A stretch of 64,000 bases of DNA, from the NCBI GenBank assembly GCA_027310185.1, contig DAIDBH010000011.1, forward strand, positions 64,001 through 128,000. Direction: 5' to 3'. A program made the translations under genes and the position numbers. This document shows, in pieces, positions 40,450-50,135 of this stretch. The notes below the pieces were generated by a model. That model was not told where the DNA came from. It worked only from the letters and a program-made list of their open reading frames with translations, and ran no database searches. The stretch comes from Thermoplasmatales archaeon (lineage in GTDB: Archaea; Thermoplasmatota; Thermoplasmata; Thermoplasmatales; Thermoplasmataceae). Numbering within the stretch: the stretch's first letter is position 1; each line of letters opens with the position of its first letter.

Positions 40450-40523
40450 GCCGTCGTAGCTCAGCCTGGTAGAGCGCGTGCTTGGTAAGCACGAGGTCGC
40501 GGGATCGAATCCCGTCGGCGGCT
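40450..40523 (+). tRNA. tRNA-Thr(GGT)
   Basis: Acceptor GCCGTCG/CGGCGGC, D-arm GCTC/GAGC, anticodon arm CGTGC-TTGGTAA-GCACG; CCA not encoded. Confidence 0.95.
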
Positions 40524-41022
40524 TACTTTAAAGATGCAGTCATTCAATGTAGTTTTCCTTAATCTTAGTTAGTACATGAACAACTCTAAAATCCTATATC
40601 AAGTGCTATGGAGAAATAATAACTCCTTGTCAACTACTTTTCCTTCAAACTATAACTAATAATCTTGAGAATTGTTTCTTTTCTATTTCCGACTAAGAAA
40701 AGATAAGGCTTAATTATTGAAACATCAACAATTATATTCACTAAACTAAAACAATTGTCACAATGAACGCTAAGCAAATGAAAGCAGTATAAGCAAAGAA
40801 TTCACTGATTTAATACTGTTTTGTCGCAAATAATCTGAAGATAAAAATTTCTCATCACGGTCGCACGAAACTGTCAATAGTGCATAACATAAATTTTGCT
40901 GCGACGATTATCCATGCGTTTTAAATCAAAATCAGTTGAATCAGGATCAGGTTCGAAGCACTTGACAAATATCTGAACTGTATATATTTAGGATATATCA
41001 AGAATTCGCAAAGAGCAACTAG

Positions 41023-41133
41023 CTATTTCTTTCTTTTCTTTCCTGCATCACTTCTCTTTTTTCTCCACTCACCATCATCGTTTCTCTCTCTTTCTTTAGA
41101 CCACTTTCCTCTCTTGACTCTCGGAACTGCCAT
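41023..41133 (-). CDS. 36-aa highly basic peptide MAVPRVKRGKWSKERERNDDGEWRKKRSDAGKKRKK (not in ORF track)
   Basis: ATG...TAG, purine-rich coding strand in AT-rich surroundings, TTTTAAA box ~25 nt upstream (leaderless). Confidence 0.7.
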   Translation of the reverse strand: MAVPRVKRGKWSKERERNDDGEWRKKRSDAGKKRKK

Positions 41134-41565
41134 AATGAATACAAGCGATTTTACAATTTAAAATTTTGCATGAAATATTTATAGAATTGAGTTAATTAAA
41201 ACTTTTACCAATATACACGACTTAAGTGCTAATTAAGAAAGGGGAAATTTTTGTATTTTTTAAAGTATAAGTTTTGCATAGAATTGTTTGCCTACGATTC
41301 TTATTTCTCTAAAACAACCTTGATTCGCAAGCCTTTCACACTAGTATCAAATAATCGGTTCTGCTTATTTTTACTGAGATATATAAAACTTTCACAACAT
41401 GTGTTATCAGTTGATCACCTTATGTAATGGAAAATTACCTATTTATATAACTTTTAGGTGATTTTTTAGAGAGCATGCGTATAAAAGTGTAGTTAGTCAT
41501 AATCTTTAAAAACATCGGATAAGAGATCCTGTAAACAATTAAGAAATATTGGATGTAAGCCTCCA

Positions 41566-42807
41566 TTATTGAGGCAGAGGTATCTTTGATCTCGAAAGAT
41601 AGATATTCAGCATTATCCCTATTATGGAAAGCACCAGCATGATTAAAAAGACTCCATCCCACCCCAGATCACTTATGAGTGATGAAGTAACGAAGGGTCC
41701 GATTGCATCGGCAGAATTCGATATGAGACCCATTCCGAATGCTCCCGCACTCATTATGGCCAGAGGAAATACATTTCCAGGAAGGGCCCAGTAATTCGGT
41801 GGAAACATCATCAGGAATCCATTGACTACCGCAGCAAATAATAGATCATAATAAGAGAAGCTTCCTATTACAATCATAAGCAGAATTCCTACTGCCATAA
41901 GAATATCAGCAGATGTCATAATTACAAGTCTTGCATTCAGAATACCTCTGTTCGTATTCTTTCCCTTCGCAAGATAATCTCCAAGGATTGCTCCTATGAA
42001 AGCAGCTACAAATCCAGACAAACCCCACGCAATGATAAGGTTGCTTGTTTGCGAACTTGAATAGCCAAGGTGATATGAATAGGAAGATAAATATCCTCCA
42101 ACGCTGAACAGAACCCATGCTAGCGGGAACTGGAGCAACCCCATCAGGATCACCATGGGATTTTTCCATGCACTCTGGTGATGTTCACTCTTGGCCTTAA
42201 CAATAGCATTTCTCTGGGACTCTGAATCCCTTGCAAAAATAAAGTAAATTATGGCACCGGCAACCATCACTATACCTGTAATATAGTAAGTTTCCTGCCA
42301 GGAAAATGCAATCAGGGCACCGGAAAGAACTCCTCCTGCAGCACTGCCTAAGCTTATGGCACCAAGGGTGAAGGCAAGTGATCTTGCCCGTTCCTTAGGA
42401 GGAAACCATCCAGCAAGCTGGATTGAAAACAGCGCCAGCATCATTATCATCAGGCCCTGAAAGAAACGGAGCGCTATCAACGCGTAAGGGTTAGGAAAGA
42501 CCGGAATGAGAAACTGAGGCACTATGAGGAAAATCTGTGCAACAAGAACACCTGTTTTCAATTTTGTATCGAATATACCGCCATGGCCAAGAAAAAATGC
42601 TACAAATAATCCCACAGAAAATGCATCAACACCATATACTGAAAGTGTAGTTGGGCTAATCCCAAAAGTGGTTGCCATTTTTGTGGACATTATGCCAAAG
42701 GCAGTGAGTGATATGAAACTGGTAGTCATAAGCAGGCCAGCAATACCTGCCATTATCCATCTATATCGTGATTTCTGGTCATCCGTAATCGCTGGATTTT
42801 CAGTCAT
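41566..42807 (-). CDS. MFS transporter
   Basis: 12 TM pattern, LRFFQG, WFPPKERA. Confidence 0.9.
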   Translation of the reverse strand: MTENPAITDDQKSRYRWIMAGIAGLLMTTSFISLTAFGIMSTKMATTFGISPTTLSVYGVDAFSVGLFVAFFLGHGGIFDTKLKTGVLVAQIFLIVPQFLIPVFPNPYALIALRFFQGLMIMMLALFSIQLAGWFPPKERARSLAFTLGAISLGSAAGGVLSGALIAFSWQETYYITGIVMVAGAIIYFIFARDSESQRNAIVKAKSEHHQSAWKNPMVILMGLLQFPLAWVLFSVGGYLSSYSYHLGYSSSQTSNLIIAWGLSGFVAAFIGAILGDYLAKGKNTNRGILNARLVIMTSADILMAVGILLMIVIGSFSYYDLLFAAVVNGFLMMFPPNYWALPGNVFPLAIMSAGAFGMGLISNSADAIGPFVTSSLISDLGWDGVFLIMLVLSIIGIMLNIYLSRSKIPLPQ

Positions 42808-42909
42808 GTTGCAACAAACGATTGCATGTTATTTAAGGTCAGCACCTCTTATATCAGTTTTATTTGGATCAATATGATAGGGCCAATATAAACTAACCTA
42901 ATAGTTAAA

Positions 42910-42927
42910 ATTATACCTGAGTATAAT
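42910..42927. promoter_or_regulatory. Perfect palindrome ATTATAC-CTGA-GTATAAT, candidate operator of the acyl-CoA ligase gene
   Basis: 7-bp inverted arms lying between a TTAAAA box (42905-42910) and ATG 42937. Confidence 0.55.
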
Positions 42928-42936
42928 GTAATTGAA

Positions 42937-44637
42937 ATGGAAGATGGGAATTCAATAATGCAAGAGATGGAAGAATTATGGAAGAAAAATTATCCTCCAG
43001 GAACAAGACGTGAATTCAGCATTCCTGAAAGAACATTATATTCTGTCTTACAGGACGTTGCATTGAGGAATCCAAACAGGGTATCTTTAAAATTTATTGG
43101 AAAACAGTATACCTACTCTGAATTGAAGGCCATGGTTGATGATGCATCTGAATTTCTAAAGGCAAATGGAATAAACCCTGGTGATCGGGTAGGTATCATG
43201 TTACCGAATTCTCCTGCATACGTGATAATGTTTTTTGCCATATGCAAGGTAGGAGCAGTAGTAGTCCAGATAAATCCACTCTATACAAGCTTTGAAATCA
43301 GTACAGAGCTTTCGGATTCAAATTCAGATGTAATAATAATTCTTGATGATTTTTATGAAAAAGTTGCAACACTTTATAAAAAATATCTGAACAGGATAAT
43401 CATCTGCAAGATTCAGGATTACCTGTCTGGGCCTGTAAAAGGTTTTTACAATCTGGGGAGAGCCTTCAGAAGAAACAGGATAAAAATTCCTTCAGATAAG
43501 GACATAATTTTCTATAAATTTGATAAAAAAACTGGAAAAGAAAGCAGGGAAGCAAAGATAGATCCTGTGTCGACCCCTGCTATAATACAGTATACAGGTG
43601 GAACAACGGGAATACCGAAGGGTGCAATATTAACTCACCAGAATCTAATCTCTAATGTATACCAAATCAATGAGTGGGTTCCTGATAGCTATAAAAAGGA
43701 AGCAGAAGTCCTTGCTGCGATCCCATTTTTCCATGTATATGGGATGATGACTGCAATGCTGTTTCCAATTTTTAACGGAATGCCAGTCACAATTATACCG
43801 GACCCAAGAAACACGAAACTCATCATCAGCACAATGAAAAAGGGGAAAAATATAACATTTCCCGGAATTCCAACAATGTATCATTCCATTATAAAGAACC
43901 TTAAGGGTGATCATAAGGCATTATCCAATACTTCACTGCTTTTCTCAGGTGCAGCACCTATGCCTGAAGAACTCGAAAATCAATTCACATCTCTAACAAG
44001 TGTAATAATCATAGAAGGATACGGACTGTCAGAATCATCACCTGTTGTTTCAATAACTCCAGTGGACCCCTCAAAGAGAAAGAGGGGAACTGTGGGCTTT
44101 CCAATCCCAAATACTTCTATCAGGATTGTTGACATCGAGAATGGATCAAAAATTATTGGTATTGGTGAACCAGGAGAAATAACCGTGAAGGGTCCGCAGG
44201 TCATGCTCGGTTACCTGAACAGGAAAGAAGAAACAGGACAGGTACTTCGTGATGGATGGTTATACACTGGTGATATAGGATTTGTAGATGAAGAGGGATA
44301 TATCCATATAATAGATAGAAAGAAAGACATGATAATAGCAGGCGGGTATAACATATATCCCAGAGAAATTGAAGAGATACTCCTTAAAAACGAGAAAATT
44401 GAGGATGCCGCTGTCATAGGCATCAAGGACCTGCACCGTGGAGAAACAGTCAAGGCTTATATAGTTCTCAAGAAGGACCAGATTATGACTGAAAAAGAGG
44501 TAATTTCTTACTGTTCAGAGAAACTGGCTATCTACAAGATACCTAAAAGTGTAGAATTTGTAGACTCACTTCCGAAAAGTCTAGTGGGAAAAGTATTGAG
44601 AAGAGAACTGGCAGAGAGAAATGAAAAAAGGGCATAA
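42937..44637 (+). CDS. fadD: Long-chain-fatty-acid--CoA ligase
   Basis: YTGGTTGIPKG, PFFHVYG, EGYGLSE, GWLYTGD, DRKKD, LPKSLVGK. Confidence 0.9.
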   Translation: MEDGNSIMQEMEELWKKNYPPGTRREFSIPERTLYSVLQDVALRNPNRVSLKFIGKQYTYSELKAMVDDASEFLKANGINPGDRVGIMLPNSPAYVIMFFAICKVGAVVVQINPLYTSFEISTELSDSNSDVIIILDDFYEKVATLYKKYLNRIIICKIQDYLSGPVKGFYNLGRAFRRNRIKIPSDKDIIFYKFDKKTGKESREAKIDPVSTPAIIQYTGGTTGIPKGAILTHQNLISNVYQINEWVPDSYKKEAEVLAAIPFFHVYGMMTAMLFPIFNGMPVTIIPDPRNTKLIISTMKKGKNITFPGIPTMYHSIIKNLKGDHKALSNTSLLFSGAAPMPEELENQFTSLTSVIIIEGYGLSESSPVVSITPVDPSKRKRGTVGFPIPNTSIRIVDIENGSKIIGIGEPGEITVKGPQVMLGYLNRKEETGQVLRDGWLYTGDIGFVDEEGYIHIIDRKKDMIIAGGYNIYPREIEEILLKNEKIEDAAVIGIKDLHRGETVKAYIVLKKDQIMTEKEVISYCSEKLAIYKIPKSVEFVDSLPKSLVGKVLRRELAERNEKRA

Positions 44638-44709
44638 GCCATGATTCATACTCTACAGCTGAAAACTGAGCTGTGAAATATTAATTCATTAATAAAAATA
44701 ATCATTAGA

Positions 44710-44792
44710 CGCGAGGAGTGGGATTCGAACCCACGCTTTCCATAGGAAAAACAGCTTAGCAGGCTGCCGCCGTACCGCTGGGCCATCCTCGC
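44710..44792 (-). tRNA. tRNA-Ser(GCT)
   Basis: GCGAGGA/TCCTCGC acceptor, GCAGC-CTGCTAA-GCTGT anticodon arm, long variable arm, GTTCGAATC T-loop. Confidence 0.95.
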
Positions 44793-44800
44793 ATTTTTCA

Positions 44801-44962
44801 TTAATTGGAGAATCGTTCCCCGAGATCGTTTGCTATCTGCTCCAAAATATCCTCAAATTGTTCATTCTCCAGGTTAACAACTTCTCCAGAGGGCAACGTT
44901 ATCCTTGCCTGATATACGTCTCCATCCTTGGATATTTCAACTTCAGCCAATCTGTCCGTCAT
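44801..44962 (-). CDS. 53-aa acidic protein MTDRLAEVEISKDGDVYQARITLPSGEVVNLENEQFEDILEQIANDLGERFSN (not in ORF track)
   Basis: Clean ATG...TAA frame with a beta-beta-beta-alpha amphipathic pattern; ends 8 nt before tRNA-Ser. Confidence 0.75.
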   Translation of the reverse strand: MTDRLAEVEISKDGDVYQARITLPSGEVVNLENEQFEDILEQIANDLGERFSN

Positions 44963-45088
44963 TAAACCTGTAATTAGATTACCTATAATATTCTTTGGAA
45001 CTCTTCAAGGAAGAATTACCCTGAACAAGCTTTCCTATTGCGGTTAAAATATATACCTCTTTATAGAGTTTTGAGATACCCTTGTCTA

Positions 45089-46345
45089 ATGAAAACTGAA
45101 TTTAAAGCACTTTACAGTACTTCTCTTGCTCATCTCTCAAACGATGGGGTTTTCCTCTTGTTCTCATCATTAATAGTATATTATTCTGAACCATCCTTGG
45201 GCTTGAATATAACAATCCTTGGTTATTTCGCAACCATATATGTTTTCGTTTCAGGCATACTCAGCATTCCTGTTGGCAGATGGTCAGATTCTGGAGACAG
45301 GGATCCGGAACTAATGACTCTGGGAATACTTATACTGGCAATATCGCTGGTCACATTTTCTATCCCATTCCTTTTCTCATCTTCAATGGCAATCTTAACC
45401 AAATATCTCGTAGTTGGATTGGGTGCATTCATTCTTGGACTTGGTCAGGCATTCTACCATCCACTTGGTGCAGATATATTGAGATATTCACTCAAGGGAA
45501 GAGATTCATCGTTCCTGCTTGGAATTAACGGCTCTTTCGGTAGTATAGGAAGGGCTGTAATTCTAATTGTAGTTGGTATTATGATAGTTGATTATGGGGC
45601 TTTCAGGGGACTGTTCTATCTTTCCCTGTACTATTTTGTGGTCGCCATAGTCATTTACATAATGTCAAGAAATTTGAGAAAATCGGAGACCTATCGTGAA
45701 AAGAGAAAGGAGGCCATAATAGAGAGAAAAGAACTTGTTACGATGAAATCATTACCAGGAGTCAGGGGATTTCTTGCCATATTGACAGTAACACTATTCC
45801 TCAGATCAGCTTTTCAACTCGCAATTTCCACATATGCATTTACATACATCGATGGAATTTTCAAAAGCAGTTTTCTCTCATTTCTATTCCTTGCAGTGGC
45901 ACTTGTCACACCAATAGTAGGTCAGCCAATATTCGGCCAGCTCACCAGGAGGAAGGGGGGAGATTTCACATTACTCTTCGCAGGTGTCCTGTCATTTCTG
46001 GCTTTCCTTCCATTTCTTTACTTTTCACAGGATTATGTCCTATCCCTTATCTTCTTTTCTATCTATGCTTTCGGGGCATTTACCGGTTTCCCATCAATTC
46101 TTGGGTTCCTGAACCAGAAAATACCAAAGGAAGTGTCAACACGGGCAAACACTTGGGCATGGGGTATAGGGAACACAGTTGGAGGAGCATTTGGAATATT
46201 AATATTCACAACCCTCTTCGAGACATTGAAGATTCCCATGGAACTATCATTCATCATCATGCTTTCTTTCCTCATACTTTCTATCATAACAAACATAATG
46301 ATCAAGCCATTTGCAAAGAGACTGCCCTCCCAGATAACTCAATAA
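45089..46345 (+). CDS. MFS transporter (Fsr-like)
   Basis: H..ND, G.WSD, G.G.AFYHP, GSIG; 12 TMs; start at MKTEFK. Confidence 0.88.
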   Translation: MKTEFKALYSTSLAHLSNDGVFLLFSSLIVYYSEPSLGLNITILGYFATIYVFVSGILSIPVGRWSDSGDRDPELMTLGILILAISLVTFSIPFLFSSSMAILTKYLVVGLGAFILGLGQAFYHPLGADILRYSLKGRDSSFLLGINGSFGSIGRAVILIVVGIMIVDYGAFRGLFYLSLYYFVVAIVIYIMSRNLRKSETYREKRKEAIIERKELVTMKSLPGVRGFLAILTVTLFLRSAFQLAISTYAFTYIDGIFKSSFLSFLFLAVALVTPIVGQPIFGQLTRRKGGDFTLLFAGVLSFLAFLPFLYFSQDYVLSLIFFSIYAFGAFTGFPSILGFLNQKIPKEVSTRANTWAWGIGNTVGGAFGILIFTTLFETLKIPMELSFIIMLSFLILSIITNIMIKPFAKRLPSQITQ

Positions 46346-46465
46346 ATTATTCCGGATATTTATTGATATCTCATATTTTTTATATTCAAAAATGTAAAGA
46401 TATGATGGAAAATCTACCAAATCGTTTAATACGATCTAGCTATTTTTGAGGAAGGTCATAATTTC

Positions 46466-47734
46466 ATGCCAGTTAAAAATTCAGAATTGAAGGGGTTTTA
46501 CAAGAAAAGTACAGAGGAAAGAATCGAGACTTTAAAGGGTTACTGCCAGCTCAACGATGAAGAAATTTCAATTCTTGAGAATCGTGGTTCCCTGAGTCAG
46601 GAAACTGGAGAGAAACTGGTTGAAAACTATATTTCAAACATGGAAATTCCCATGGGGATCGCAACTAATTTCAGTATAAACGGCAGAGATTATCTAATTC
46701 CAATGGCTATTGAAGAACCCTCAGTAATTGCAGCATGTTCCAATGGAGCAAGGATTGCAAGAATGGCTGGTGGTTTCAGGGCTTATGCTTCCTCATCTAT
46801 TATGTTTGGTCAGATACAGTTGACTGATCTTGAGGATGTGTATAAGGCCAGAACAGAAATCCTAATGGAAAAAGAGAATATTTTGCGAATTGCAAACGAG
46901 GCAAGCAAGACATTAAGCAAATTAGGGAAAGGGGCCAGGGACATCACATTTCATGATGTGAAGTATGATGATCATGTACTGATTATACATCTTGAAATAG
47001 ACACTGGAGATGCAATGGGTGCAAATATCATAAACAGTATGGTAGAAAAGGTATCGCCATTCATAGAAGCGATAACAGGAGGTAAGGTAGTACTCAAGAT
47101 CCTTAGTAACCTAACACCACTCAGAATAGTCAGGGCATATGCAACTTTTAGGAAAGATGCAATCGGTGGTCCTGACGTTGTCCAGAGATTTATTCATGCA
47201 GCGAGACTTGCAGAGGAAGATATATTCAGGGCTGCAACACATAACAAGGGTATTATGAATGGAATCGATGCAGTATTACTTGCAATCATGAATGACTGGA
47301 GACAAGCTGAGGCTAATGCGCACGCATATGCAGCAATAAAAGGCTCGTATGGCTCGCTTACACATTACAATCTGGATAAAAACGGAGATATAACCGGGTC
47401 TATTGAGATACCTATCAGTGTTGGTACTGTTGGAGGGACATCTGCCAGTATTCCAAAGGCAAAAATATGTCAGAAGATTCTGGGTATAAAAGAAGCCAGG
47501 GAACTGGAAGAAGTGCTGGCATGCGTAGGACTTTCACAGAATTTTGCTGCAATGAGGGCCCTGAGTGATGAAGGAATACAGAAGGGCCACATGGCACTGC
47601 ACTCCAAAAATCTGGCAATTGCAGTGGGAGCCACCGGCGATGACATTGAAAAAGTCGCTGAAATGCTGGTAAAATCTGGTTCGATAAATATGACAAATGC
47701 AAGGGAAATTCTGGATAAATTAAGGGAAAGGTGA
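46466..47734 (+). CDS. mvaA: HMG-CoA reductase, class II
   Basis: EN, PMAIEEPSVIAA, DAMGANIINS, THNKGIMNG, QNFAA, GIQKGHM.LH. Confidence 0.95.
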   Translation: MPVKNSELKGFYKKSTEERIETLKGYCQLNDEEISILENRGSLSQETGEKLVENYISNMEIPMGIATNFSINGRDYLIPMAIEEPSVIAACSNGARIARMAGGFRAYASSSIMFGQIQLTDLEDVYKARTEILMEKENILRIANEASKTLSKLGKGARDITFHDVKYDDHVLIIHLEIDTGDAMGANIINSMVEKVSPFIEAITGGKVVLKILSNLTPLRIVRAYATFRKDAIGGPDVVQRFIHAARLAEEDIFRAATHNKGIMNGIDAVLLAIMNDWRQAEANAHAYAAIKGSYGSLTHYNLDKNGDITGSIEIPISVGTVGGTSASIPKAKICQKILGIKEARELEEVLACVGLSQNFAAMRALSDEGIQKGHMALHSKNLAIAVGATGDDIEKVAEMLVKSGSINMTNAREILDKLRER

Positions 47735-48486
47735 ATAGTATGGATAAAAGTGAATATGATGCTGGCATGAAGCAGGTTGAAAAGCTATTGAACAAGGAGA
47801 AATATCTTGATGCTCTTACTACGTTGAAGGGGATGCTTGAAAAGGCTGCTGATAATAAGGAGTATAAGGCTGATATCCTTAGCAAGATTTCAGAGGCGTA
47901 TTATGGAAAAGAAGGAGTAAAAACAGAGAATGCAATTTCGAACCTTATTGAGTCACTCAAGATCAGAACTGAGCTTGAACAGCCGGAGATTCTTGCTCTT
48001 GAGATGATGAATCTTGCATATCTACAGGACGAGGCCGGTAGCCTGGAAAATGCGGAAAAAACCCTGAAGGAGGCAATGGAAGTGGCCGATCAACTGGAAG
48101 ATGTAAGCCTTACATTATCGCTGAAAAATGCCCTTGCAGATATTCTGTCAGAAGACAAGAAAAATACTGAGGAGGCTACGAAGATATACAAAGAAATAAT
48201 GAATGAATCAGAGAAGGAAAAGATCTGGGAAATATATTATGAAGCCTGCGTCAGCCTCATAAAGCTTCTAAGGGATAGGGATAATATAGAAGAAGCCAAT
48301 AAATTATCGAATGAGAATATAGAAAAGGCCGAAGCCACCCTGAATTCATTCAAGACAAAGAAGGACAAGGAGGAATTCAAGGACATCATTTCATATCTTT
48401 ATGACGTCTCAATAGATCTGGCTATGGAAAACGAGGACATCGGAAGGGCAAGGGACCTTGCTGAAAAATTCAAGGGAGAGAAATAA
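47731..48486 (+). CDS. TPR-like all-helical acidic protein
   Basis: Repeated A...L..A helical pairs; GTGA overlap with mvaA. Confidence 0.7.
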   Translation: MNSMDKSEYDAGMKQVEKLLNKEKYLDALTTLKGMLEKAADNKEYKADILSKISEAYYGKEGVKTENAISNLIESLKIRTELEQPEILALEMMNLAYLQDEAGSLENAEKTLKEAMEVADQLEDVSLTLSLKNALADILSEDKKNTEEATKIYKEIMNESEKEKIWEIYYEACVSLIKLLRDRDNIEEANKLSNENIEKAEATLNSFKTKKDKEEFKDIISYLYDVSIDLAMENEDIGRARDLAEKFKGEK

Positions 48487-48964
48487 GGCTGAAAACGTCT
48501 CTTTCCATATCCTTTTTAATATCCGAATAATCGATGTAAAGATCATTCATAAGTGAGCAAAGCCTGATTGTCATATTTATATATCTTAAATTTTCAAGCT
48601 GTTTCTTGGATCTTTCCAGAGCTTCCTTTTTTGTCAATTTACCGGAGGCAACTACTGCATTGAGCAACCTGTCCAGATATGAAGCATCTCTGGTCTGCTC
48701 CTGAAATAGTTCCTCTTCATCTATAACCAGATCAATTGGCACATGTTCAGCGGGCGCATTGAAGTTAATGAGGAAGCTGTCTCCTTCCCTTGAAAGGAGT
48801 CCCTCCCTGACGCATTCATCCTCAAACCTTGATGTACTTTCTTCCTTCAAAAATTTCCTTTTGTAGACAAGAATATTAACCACATCCTTTCCAGAAATAG
48901 ATCTTGCATTCTTCTTTTCCTGTGAAACTACTGAAATAAGCTTTCTTGCCAGTTCCCTATCCAT
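48470..48964 (-). CDS. DUF2240-like archaeal protein
   Basis: L.YKR..L...S.RF...C..EGLL....FLINF pattern followed by a helical C-terminal domain. Confidence 0.6.
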   Translation of the reverse strand: MDRELARKLISVVSQEKKNARSISGKDVVNILVYKRKFLKEESTSRFEDECVREGLLSREGDSFLINFNAPAEHVPIDLVIDEEELFQEQTRDASYLDRLLNAVVASGKLTKKEALERSKKQLENLRYINMTIRLCSLMNDLYIDYSDIKKDMERDVFSLISLP

Positions 48965-49127
48965 GTCACTCTCATATGAATATGCCTAATAATTTTTGTT
49001 AGATAAGAGATACATACCTAAAGAATCTCATACACCATGATGCAGATCGAAGAATTTGCGATTATATGTGGAATCCACAATGGAACAATACTAAGTTGTT
49101 CAGTTATTAACACTATAAATCCATACA

Positions 49128-49576
49128 ATGAATATGAGAATTTCGAAACGGTTAAAACATTATTCCATCCTCATAGGTGGTTTATTTACAATTTTTTCCA
49201 CGGTTGTAAATTTTACTGATAATTTGCTGAAATTTCACTACATAGAAAATCTATATGGAACGGATACATACTATAATTATAGTCAGCCAACTGTAGCTTC
49301 CATAAGTCACGAAACTAACCTGGATGCAGTTCTCATGATTTTTATAATAGTTTTGACGTTGACCACCGTCATTTCATCAAAGCTAATAATGAAAGAGTCA
49401 AGGAAAAGTAAAAAACTTGGAACAGTCATACTGGTTATGATAGTTATTTATTTACCCTAGGATGATGGGATTATGTCGGGGCAATCCTCATAATCATAGG
49501 TGTCTTTGCCTTCATCCTGAATGATGGGTACCTGGTTTTAGGAGAAAATGTAAAGACTCCATCAGAAACTCCATAA
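49128..49576 (+). pseudogene. Probable decayed paralogue of the downstream membrane protein
   Basis: ORF stops at 49460; another frame continues TLG*WDYVGAILIIIGVFAFILN, matching the last TM of 49663-50067. Confidence 0.55.
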
Positions 49577-49662
49577 TTGCCTGCAAATGATGACTTTACT
49601 CATACAACATTCAAGCGCATTATAAATAGTAAATATTTTATATTTTAAACGTATGATAAATA

Positions 49663-50067
49663 GTGAAAATAACAAATGATCTTAAAAATCTGGCAATTTT
49701 AATTGGAGCGGTAATAGGAATTATTGCAGGTGTTTTTGAGCTAATAGTTGCTATTATAATTGGCACAGCCTCATTTAATGGCGGAGTGGTAAAAGTAACA
49801 GGAAACATTTCCTTATTTCCAGCTGCCTTTGGTTTTATTATAATAGTTATACTTTTACAGGTAATATTGTCAGGGATTTCAATTCTATATGGTCAGAAGC
49901 TCAGGTCTGGAGGTAATGAAAGAAGGCACAATAGCATAATTCTGCTGATTATTGGAATCGTATTGCTCATACTTCACGCTGGGTTCCTTATAGGTCCTAT
50001 ATTCATAATTCTGGGTGCAATTGCCTATTATGTGAAAGAGGGGGACATTTCAATAAATATAGATTAA
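49663..50067 (+). CDS. Small 4-TM membrane protein
   Basis: LAILIG..IGII.G...; ILL.IIG....GFLIGPIFIILG. Confidence 0.75.
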   Translation: MKITNDLKNLAILIGAVIGIIAGVFELIVAIIIGTASFNGGVVKVTGNISLFPAAFGFIIIVILLQVILSGISILYGQKLRSGGNERRHNSIILLIIGIVLLILHAGFLIGPIFIILGAIAYYVKEGDISINID

Positions 50068-50135
50068 ATATTTCTCAATACCTAAAATGCATGGAGCAAG
50101 CTTTTTTTCGTAATTCATCTATTAATGCTCTACCT

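Noticed and set aside
41435-41662. 75-aa minus-strand ORF overlapping the MFS 3' end
   Set aside because: Out-of-frame shadow with no motif or start signals
46466-47734. Bacterial-type (class II) HMG-CoA reductase as a novel transfer
   Set aside because: Already known for Thermoplasmatales and Archaeoglobus
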